A stretch of DNA of 64,000 bases from positions 2,559 to 66,558 of IMG/VR virus record IMGVR_UViG_3300037316_000032. One strand, written 5' to 3'. The notes under the pieces were generated by a model, which saw only the letters and a list, made by a program, of their open reading frames with translations, searched no databases and had not been told where the DNA came from. A program made the position numbers and the translations under genes. Below are positions 57,206 through 64,000 of the stretch, one piece after another; the first letter of the stretch is position 1; every line of letters starts with the position of its first letter. This DNA comes from a virus.

Positions 57206-57403
57206 TTACGGTCCTGTCGGACCAGTTGCACCCGCCGTACCAGTCGGGCCAGCAGGCCCCGTTGGTCCACCCGCACCAGCATCGGCGTTCAAGATGAGAA
57301 CAATGTCTCGAAGGATCGAGCCAATCGCGTTTACGTCCGGCCGTTCCGGAACAGGAAGCGGAAGGGTCGGCATATAGTTCGGATCGGTTGCGCCTGTCGG
57401 CAT
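57206..57403 (-). CDS. short collagen-like protein
   Basis: GGAG SD before ATG 57403; GSILRDIV then [20 protein letters not shown]. Confidence 0.7.
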   Translation of the reverse strand: MPTGATDPNYMPTLPLPVPERPDVNAIGSILRDIVLILNADAGAGGPTGPAGPTGTAGATGPTGP

Positions 57404-57453
57404 GGTGAACTCCAAATCTGTAGTTGGTCTATCTGCTATTCCTTACGAACTCC

Positions 57454-59724
57454 TTAACCGACCCCACCATGAACCGGCAAAGCGTTCGGCCCCTTCATAT
57501 TGCCCGTAAGCGCGGTGGTCGGGCCCATCTGGTGGCCCGAAATGCGTGATGGTTGAGAGCCTTGCGCCTGGGCCGAGGCAGTGGCCATATCCAGTCCTCC
57601 GGTGGATGCGGGTCCCTGGGCTCCCTCGGGCGTGCCAATATGAGCAGGCGGACCTTCCGGCATGTGGGCGCGCGCGGCCAGTACACCGGCTGTCAGTTCG
57701 GTGGCGATGCGCTTAACACCCGCGTCGACGCCGGCCTGGACAGCCTTCTGGATCGCTTCGTCCACGCCGCCTTGCTGCTGTTGCTGCTGTTGCTGTGCTT
57801 CCATTTTCTCGATCACATCTTCGGGCGGCACAATGTCGCTGCCCATACCAATCGTCGCGGCGATAGACCGGATGATATTGGCGCGACCCTTGAGCCCGAT
57901 GATCTTCATGTCGACAGGGTTCTGCGTGGCCTGCGCAAACTCGATCTGGCGCTGGCGCTGTGTCTCGCGCTGGATGGCTACGTTGACACCCTGGACGGTT
58001 ATCTTCTCCTCGCCGGTGAGCAAGCCGCTCGTATCCGTGAGCATGATCAAGTCGCCCAACTGCATGAGGGCCGTTTCCAGCACGTCACGGTCTATATTGG
58101 CGCTAACAGTCTGCAAAATCTTACTGGCGTTGCCCATTAACATCGCAAGGCCAGACGCGGTACGCCCAGCCCCGCTGCCCGCTTGTCCACCTACGTATTT
58201 TGGTATGGCGGAAACGTCGTCCGAAATACTTACAAACTCCTGGAACACGGAGATCAGTTGTTGCGCGTTCGACTGCGGCTGGAAGAACGTGATCGGTAGC
58301 GATTTGTTGTCGCCTACCGGATCGTTGCGCACATGCCATCGTTTCCACGGGTACATATCCTCCCCATTTTCCTCCGGCGACAGACGAGAGTCGTTGACCA
58401 CGACCTGCGGACCCGACGCGATGCTGAGATTGTTGATAAGGCTGCGCAGCGTGCTGTTGGCCGCGTCCTGCAAGTCCGAGAGCAGATCGGTCAGTCCATT
58501 TCCAATGGGCGTACCAGGTACTTTTTCGAATGATGTAATGAAGTACGGGTGGCGCTGGCGCGGCGACGGCGACAAATGCGCCTTGATAACGTGACTACCC
58601 ACAACCCAAGCCTGAATGGAATAATCACGCAGTTCGTCAGGAACTGCAAGGCCATACTCCTGAAGGACACGTCCTTGAACATTGCCATTGAACTCCATCA
58701 TCGAGATCAAGCCTGACCGGTTCCAGGCGGGATTTTCGCGGCTCTCCAACACGGCACGCTCGGCGTCCGTGGTATCCCAGTTGTCGTACAGGCCGCCGCG
58801 GCCATACTCATCCAAGACCGCTTTTACTTCGTCTTGGTTGTAGCCCGGCAGATCGAGCAGATCATTCAGCTCGGCGCGCGTGATGCGCAGCTTCTCGATC
58901 ACGTTTGCGTTTTCGATATCAGCGACGCCGGGCGTAAACCATAGGTCGAACGGCGAGACACGGTTCCATGTAAGTGTTGGCTGTTGCACAACAGTAGGCT
59001 GTCCACCCCCTTCGGGCCAGACCACCGCAGGTATGACTTTAACCACCGGGCCCTTGAGGCAGGCGAACGGAAAAATAGGGAGATCGACAAGGAACTCTGC
59101 GAGCGCATGATAGAACCCTCCTTCACGCAATAGCCCCTCGATCTTGTCTTCGCTGTCGCGGGCCTGCTCTACTGCTTTCTTTTTCGCTGCTTCCTTCGCG
59201 CTCTCCAACAGCGCGCGCTTGCGCTCGGCGGTATCTGATGGGTCAGGCGGCTTACCCTGTTGGTGCTGAGTGACTTGCTGCGCCTCGGACTGCATCAACT
59301 GGTCGATGTTCTGAAGGATGTTCTGCGGAATGTCCGGGTCGGCGGACGGCCGGATGGCCCACGGCCGATCTTCCCCGAGGTACACGTCACGCAAAAGTGA
59401 ACTGGCGGCGCGGCACTTCTGGGCGATCAGGCGGGCATAGATTTCGCTGCCATTGAACTTCTTCAAGTCCTGGAGCTTCTGAGGATCATATTGTCCATTA
59501 AACGTCCGCAGAGCCGATAACAGGCGCTCAGACCACCCGTTCACCGTGTTGCGGTGGTTGCGGAAAATCTCGAACTGCCCTTTAATGTAGCCCGCCAGCG
59601 GCGTCACGTCCGGCTCGGCAGGCTGCGCGGCAGCGGCCTTATCAGTGGCTTGCTGCTGGAGCTGCTGTTCGAGGGCGGCGGGCGGCACCACGGAGATAAC
59701 GCCAGATTGACCAAGGTCTGCCAT
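57454..59724 (-). CDS. portal protein
   Basis: About 756 aa, first gene of the head module; V.PFD.W..P, R.L.NN.SIASGPQV, PWKRW, RTASGL.MLM. Confidence 0.85.
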   Translation of the reverse strand: MADLGQSGVISVVPPAALEQQLQQQATDKAAAAQPAEPDVTPLAGYIKGQFEIFRNHRNTVNGWSERLLSALRTFNGQYDPQKLQDLKKFNGSEIYARLIAQKCRAASSLLRDVYLGEDRPWAIRPSADPDIPQNILQNIDQLMQSEAQQVTQHQQGKPPDPSDTAERKRALLESAKEAAKKKAVEQARDSEDKIEGLLREGGFYHALAEFLVDLPIFPFACLKGPVVKVIPAVVWPEGGGQPTVVQQPTLTWNRVSPFDLWFTPGVADIENANVIEKLRITRAELNDLLDLPGYNQDEVKAVLDEYGRGGLYDNWDTTDAERAVLESRENPAWNRSGLISMMEFNGNVQGRVLQEYGLAVPDELRDYSIQAWVVGSHVIKAHLSPSPRQRHPYFITSFEKVPGTPIGNGLTDLLSDLQDAANSTLRSLINNLSIASGPQVVVNDSRLSPEENGEDMYPWKRWHVRNDPVGDNKSLPITFFQPQSNAQQLISVFQEFVSISDDVSAIPKYVGGQAGSGAGRTASGLAMLMGNASKILQTVSANIDRDVLETALMQLGDLIMLTDTSGLLTGEEKITVQGVNVAIQRETQRQRQIEFAQATQNPVDMKIIGLKGRANIIRSIAATIGMGSDIVPPEDVIEKMEAQQQQQQQQGGVDEAIQKAVQAGVDAGVKRIATELTAGVLAARAHMPEGPPAHIGTPEGAQGPASTGGLDMATASAQAQGSQPSRISGHQMGPTTALTGNMKGPNALPVHGGVG

Positions 59725-59811
59725 GAATGTCCCGGATGAAAAATGATGCGCTCCAGGCACGCTACCTGCTACCCGCTAACAATTTCTTAAGATATTTGAC
59801 TTGCTTTTTTA

Positions 59812-59826
59812 TTACCTTCACGGTAA
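59812..59826. promoter_or_regulatory. TTACCG-N3-CGGTAA palindrome, 1-mismatch copy
   Basis: TTACCT TCA CGGTAA in the divergent portal/terminase gap. Confidence 0.65.
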
Positions 59827-59857
59827 AAGGGGGGCATCCTCCTGGGAAGAAAGACCA

Positions 59858-60403
59858 ATGCCCGAACCGTTCCAAGCGCTTGTCCCCATCGACACCGGCA
59901 TAGTGGCGCCGGTCGCGCTACCCGCCCTCTCGCCCCCCGAACTCGGCGCTCTGGCCGCCGAGATCGCGCGTGATCTCCGTGATCTGGAGCTGGTCCTGGC
60001 TGACTACAAGCTCACCCTAGAGCAGTACAACTACCTGAAATATAATCCTTTTTTTAAGAAAATCCTTGAAATTGCCATAATTGACTGGAATAGTTCGAAC
60101 TCGGTTCACAAACGACTTCAAATCGAGGCAGCCACCTACCTTGAACAGGGTATGCCCGTCATGGGCGCCCGCATGTTGAACGAACGGGAGGAACTGAAAG
60201 ATGTTGTTGAAACAGCGAAAATGTTTGCCAAAGTCGCAGGTATCGGGGAAGATAAAAGCTCGGTCGGCACGGGCGAAAAATTCTCGATCCACATCGACTT
60301 GGGTGGCGACAAAACCCTCCGAGTTACGAAAGATATCACTCCAGCATCAGGCGCAAAAGAAAGCGCGGCTGGCGACGAACCGCCCAAGGGTGGCGTTCTT
60401 TGA
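59858..60403 (+). CDS. putative terminase small subunit
   Basis: Helical protein with C-terminal FSIHIDLG; upstream of TerL. Confidence 0.6.
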   Translation: MPEPFQALVPIDTGIVAPVALPALSPPELGALAAEIARDLRDLELVLADYKLTLEQYNYLKYNPFFKKILEIAIIDWNSSNSVHKRLQIEAATYLEQGMPVMGARMLNEREELKDVVETAKMFAKVAGIGEDKSSVGTGEKFSIHIDLGGDKTLRVTKDITPASGAKESAAGDEPPKGGVL

Positions 60404-61124
60404 TATCGAAAACGGCCCGTCGCTCGGCTACTTCTGGGGCAAGCTGTGGGAAACCAGCATCCTGCGCGTCGAGCAGCCGTGGTACATGCTCTCGTTCTCG
60501 TACAAGTGGCTAGGCGAAAAGAAAGTCTACACCCACTCACTCCCAGAATATCCTGGGTACAATCGAAACCCAGAAGACGACAGCTCCCTGTTGCGGGACC
60601 TGCACAAACTATTTGATGAAGCAGACGTGTTGATTGCGCACAACGGCGATCGGTTCGACATTCGAAAATCAAACGCCCGCTTCATTATCAACGGCATGAC
60701 GCCGCCGTCGCCTTATAAGACGATTGACACGCTGAAAGTAGCGCGCCGCTATTTTCACTTCGAGAGCAACAAGCTAAATGACCTAGCCAGGTATTTCGGG
60801 CTCGGCCAAAAGCTCGTCCACACTGGGTTCGATCTGTGGGCCCGGTGTATGCGCAAAGACCCCAAAGCGTGGGACATGATGTGCCGCTACAATCGCCACG
60901 ATATCGTTTTGCTGGAAGGCGTCTATCAGCGCCTCAAGCCATATATGGTTAATCACCCCGATTTAACCTTATATACAGACAAACCGGACAATCCTGAGTG
61001 CCCAACGTGCAAGTCTACGCACGTCACCCGTCAGGGCTTCAAGGTAAGCCGGACCAGGAAATACCGGCAATACAAGTGCCAGGACTGCGCTTCGTGGTTC
61101 CAAGGCGCCCTCATAAAGGACTGA
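60201..61124 (+). CDS. RNase H-like (DEDD) 3'-5' exonuclease with C-terminal zinc ribbon; start uncertain
   Basis: FFDIE, AHNGDRFD, IDTL, SNKLND, YNRHD; CPTC...CQDC; 5' part overlaps terS. Confidence 0.8.
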   Translation: MLLKQRKCLPKSQVSGKIKARSARAKNSRSTSTWVATKPSELRKISLQHQAQKKARLATNRPRVAFFDIENGPSLGYFWGKLWETSILRVEQPWYMLSFSYKWLGEKKVYTHSLPEYPGYNRNPEDDSSLLRDLHKLFDEADVLIAHNGDRFDIRKSNARFIINGMTPPSPYKTIDTLKVARRYFHFESNKLNDLARYFGLGQKLVHTGFDLWARCMRKDPKAWDMMCRYNRHDIVLLEGVYQRLKPYMVNHPDLTLYTDKPDNPECPTCKSTHVTRQGFKVSRTRKYRQYKCQDCASWFQGALIKD

Positions 61125-61128
61125 CCCC

Positions 61129-62589
61129 GTGGCTGACTTAGATTACGTCGCACCCCCGACCTGCGCAGCGTTCATGAAATCAGATGCGTTCGGTCGTCTT
61201 ATCGCTGGCCCAGTGGGTTCCGGCAAGACGACCGCGTGTGTGATCGAGCTGCTGCGCCGGTCGATCCTTCAGACACCGGGCAAGGACGGCAAGCGGTACA
61301 CCCGCCACGCCGTTGTCCGGCAGACATTGAAGCAGTTGAAGGACACCGTTCTCAAAGACTGCCGCGCATGGCTCGGCCATTTAGGCGAATGGAAAGTGTC
61401 CGAGGGCACCTTCCACCTTCAATTCGATGACGTGATCTCCGAATGGATTTTCATCCCGTTGGAAGACGCCGCCGATCAAGCACGGTTGCTTTCAATGCAG
61501 CTCACAAACGCATGGCTATCGGAAGCCATCGAAATGAACCTCGACGTGGTGGGACCTATCTCGGGCCGGCTTGGCCGCTTCCCCTCAGGCGCGCAAGGCA
61601 CGCCAACGTGGTTCGGCATGATCGCTGACACCAACATGCCGACTGAAATGTCGCCGTGGCACAAGTTCATGACAGAACCGTGGCCAAACTGGCAGATGTT
61701 CGTGCAGCCCTCGGGGCTTGCACCGAACGCTGAGAACCTGAACTACCTCGTCCAGAACGAGAAGACGATCCTGCTGCCGATCAACCACCCTGATCGGATG
61801 GCGCAGGGTCGCAAGTATTACGAACGTTTTGTGGAAATGTACGGCGAGGACAGCGACTGGGTGAAGCGCTACGTGAAGGCGCAGTATGGCGACGATCCAT
61901 CCGGTATGGCGGTGTTCAAGGCGACCTGGCATACCGACTACCATACAGTCGATGATACGCTCCTTATCCCCGGCTATCCTATCATCATCGGCCAGGACTT
62001 CGGTCGGAACCCCTGGTCATTGATCACACAAGTCGACCATATGGGCCGCCTACTCGTCCATGAAGAAGTACCGGCAACAAATGTTGGTTTGGAAAAACAT
62101 GTCCGGGAGTCTCTTATCCCGCGCCTCATGTCTGACAAATATCAGGGCTATAAAGTCATGCTGGTGGGCGACCCGTCAGGTGTCGCCAAGGGCAGCGTGT
62201 CCGAGGAAAGCAACTTCGACGCGCTCGGACGCATGGGCTTGCCCTGGATGCCCGCACCGACGAACGATATCGACCCGAGGCTGCGCGCCGTTGAAGCGCT
62301 GCTAGGCCAGCAGATTGGCGGCGGCAAGCCGGCGCTGATGGTCAGCCGCAAAGGCTGCCCAATGTTGATCCGCGGCATGGCGGGCGGCTATCGGTTCACC
62401 AAGACCAAACTGGGCGCCCTCCGCGCGGTGCCCGAGAAGGATGACCCGGAAGGGTTCTCCCACGTAGCGGACTGCTTGCAATATGTGTGCTTGGTTGCGC
62501 ATGGCGGGCTCGCCACCGAGATCGCTATCCGGCTGCGGCCGCGGCAGAGCAAGAAGCGTCCGCCTATGCCAGCGAGTGCCTGGACCTAA
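61129..62589 (+). CDS. terL: terminase large subunit
   Basis: Walker A GPVGSGKT, VVRQT..QLKDT, WLSE, DTN.P, nuclease GQDFG, GDPSG, SHVADCLQY. Confidence 0.92.
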   Translation: MADLDYVAPPTCAAFMKSDAFGRLIAGPVGSGKTTACVIELLRRSILQTPGKDGKRYTRHAVVRQTLKQLKDTVLKDCRAWLGHLGEWKVSEGTFHLQFDDVISEWIFIPLEDAADQARLLSMQLTNAWLSEAIEMNLDVVGPISGRLGRFPSGAQGTPTWFGMIADTNMPTEMSPWHKFMTEPWPNWQMFVQPSGLAPNAENLNYLVQNEKTILLPINHPDRMAQGRKYYERFVEMYGEDSDWVKRYVKAQYGDDPSGMAVFKATWHTDYHTVDDTLLIPGYPIIIGQDFGRNPWSLITQVDHMGRLLVHEEVPATNVGLEKHVRESLIPRLMSDKYQGYKVMLVGDPSGVAKGSVSEESNFDALGRMGLPWMPAPTNDIDPRLRAVEALLGQQIGGGKPALMVSRKGCPMLIRGMAGGYRFTKTKLGALRAVPEKDDPEGFSHVADCLQYVCLVAHGGLATEIAIRLRPRQSKKRPPMPASAWT

Positions 62590-62819
62590 CCGCAATCCTT
62601 CGGCGTGGGATCAACATCGCAAACGTCGTGGTGGCACGGGGCGTACACGTTCTTGAGCGTGCCATCGTGGCGTTGGTAGAACCCAATCAAGTGTTTGCAC
62701 GGCGGCGGGCCATTATGGATGCCGCCAAAATAGATGCCAGCGATCACGACGATGACTATCATCACCAGCATGATCGCCAGGCTATCAATCGCCGGCCGCT
62801 TGCGCGGGTACGGTTTCAC
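62586..62819 (-). CDS. small membrane-anchored protein
   Basis: One TM segment plus a Cys-containing tail. Confidence 0.5.
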   Translation of the reverse strand: MKPYPRKRPAIDSLAIMLVMIVIVVIAGIYFGGIHNGPPPCKHLIGFYQRHDGTLKNVYAPCHHDVCDVDPTPKDCG

Positions 62820-62989
62820 GTCACTACTGGGCCAAAGATTTTCCAGCCGAGCAGGCCGGACAAGAGTAGCTCAATGGCGCCGCCGCCGATCGCGCCGGCA
62901 TAGACATGCCCCTGCGGAACGAACGTAACGCCAGCCCAGGCCAGCAAACAGATCACCCAGACCACCCAGAATAAAAGACCTTTGTCCAC
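62816..62989 (-). CDS. small two-TM protein, absent from the ORF track
   Basis: GTG with AGGAG SD; DKGLLFWVVWVICLL...LLGWKIFGPVV. Confidence 0.6.
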   Translation of the reverse strand: MDKGLLFWVVWVICLLAWAGVTFVPQGHVYAGAIGGGAIELLLSGLLGWKIFGPVVT

Positions 62990-63258
62990 GGGACTCTCCT
63001 ACGGTTGAGAACCAGATCGGGAGGCTTACTCCCAACTACTTAATGCTTCGTTTTGTTTTTGGCAATCCACTTTGCCTTGGCTTCGAGCCGATTGATCTTG
63101 CGGCCATTGACCAGACGGGCTTGTTTGCGCCGGCGTTTGGCGCTGCAACAGACGCTCACGGGGCTTCTCCCTGGGTAAGGATAAACAGATACAACATGAT
63201 CAGGCAGAACATGGCAACCATGATCCACCCTTTACTCTCGTCGTCTATAGAAGGAAAT

Positions 63259-63702
63259 TCAAACATGCAAAGGACCAGTTGGTCCGGTGTTACCAGTTGG
63301 ACCAATGCTATCGCTGCTGGGCCCCGTAGGGCCCCGTTCTCCCCGCCTGTTGGGGTATGGTGTCTTGTCCATAAACGTAGTCACAAAAAACACGACCATC
63401 AGAATGAGCAACGCTAAATTCGTGCTGGCCTCAATATGGGACATAGCTGCGGCTGTAGAAGTCAACACACCATATTCAGCTAGGCAAGAAATGATCACGC
63501 CGCCGCCCGCGACAACGTGCATCATCGCTCGGTTGGATATCGCCGGTGTGCGGGACAGCATGACTGCAACGGAAAAAGTCACCAAGATATATTTTGCAAC
63601 GTGGATCGCAGGGGAAAGCGGTCCATCATAGGTGATATATTCGGTGTAGCCGAACACCCCCAAGATCGCGGCTACCAATATCCAGATAAAATAGTTCCTC
63701 AC
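63259..63702 (-). CDS. four-TM membrane protein with collagen-like C-terminus
   Basis: Four hydrophobic segments then GERGPTGP...[11 protein letters not shown]; AGGAG SD. Confidence 0.65.
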   Translation of the reverse strand: MRNYFIWILVAAILGVFGYTEYITYDGPLSPAIHVAKYILVTFSVAVMLSRTPAISNRAMMHVVAGGGVIISCLAEYGVLTSTAAAMSHIEASTNLALLILMVVFFVTTFMDKTPYPNRRGERGPTGPSSDSIGPTGNTGPTGPLHV

Positions 63703-63823
63703 GGCTGGCTCCTGTGGTGTCCGAGATAGTACGATAGCGAGTACCCGGATATGAACGCGAGGAACACGGCCAGATGCCAGCCGATAAGTTCAAGCGCTGT
63801 CTCGTTGCCAAATAAAAAATGCC

Positions 63824-64000
63824 TCATGGCTTTTTCTGCGCCTCCAAAAGAACCTTGGCTGCATCAGCAGCCTTCTCGACTAGTATCTGGGCAGCCTCGC
63901 GCGCCGGCGCAATATCAACTCGATTGTGGGGGTGGGCGACCAGTTCAAGCGCTTCAAGTTTGGCCATTTCAATTTTCAACCTTGCAATCCTGCGCAGGCG
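63824..64000 (-). CDS. partial hypothetical protein (starts beyond the window)
   Basis: Open frame from 64000 to TGA at 63824, ATGA-coupled to a 42-aa ORF at 63699-63827. Confidence 0.45.
   Translation of the reverse strand, partial: RLRRIARLKIEMAKLEALELVAHPHNRVDIAPAREAAQILVEKAADAAKVLLEAQKKP

Noticed and set aside
57553-58594. Long plus-strand ORFs with poly-Cys/poly-Leu
   Set aside because: Antisense to the portal; the homopolymer runs mirror the portal's poly-Gln CAG/CAA codons.
65-59826. Palindrome copies as CRISPR repeats, REP/MITE elements or restriction sites
   Set aside because: Irregular kb-scale spacing, only 15 bp, no target-site duplications or transposase; restriction sites would be depleted rather than enriched.

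Overview
The window holds most of a tailed dsDNA phage genome with podovirus-like architecture. An alphaproteobacterial host is plausible but is only inferred. Layout: a minus-strand accessory block with an Acb2/Tad1-like gene and tRNA-Pro(UGG) (1-2.4 kb); a non-coding control region (2.4-3.2 kb); a plus-strand early/replication arm with AAA ATPase + vWA, two VRR-NUC genes, EndoVII, family A DNA polymerase, nucleotide-related enzymes, PD-(D/E)xK exonuclease, SNF2-type helicase, HNH and primase-DUF927 (3.2-25.9 kb); a minus-strand virion/lysis arm with portal, scaffold, major capsid, adaptors, collagen-like fibres, holin/endolysin/spanins, tail protein and three ejection-type proteins (26-59.7 kb); and divergently oriented terminase genes (59.9-62.6 kb). 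I saw no integrase, repressor, CRISPR array or reverse transcriptase. Two signals stand out. (1) A 15-bp palindrome TTACCG-N3-CGGTAA occurs at least 18 times (15 perfect), both just upstream of ribosome-binding sites and inside genes. (2) A cassette between portal and scaffold pairs three paralogous Gly-X-Thr collagen-like proteins with three glycosyltransferase-like genes and an O-methyltransferase, suggesting a BclA-like glycosylated virion coat. All functional calls come from motifs read by eye, not database searches, and motif counts are manual.
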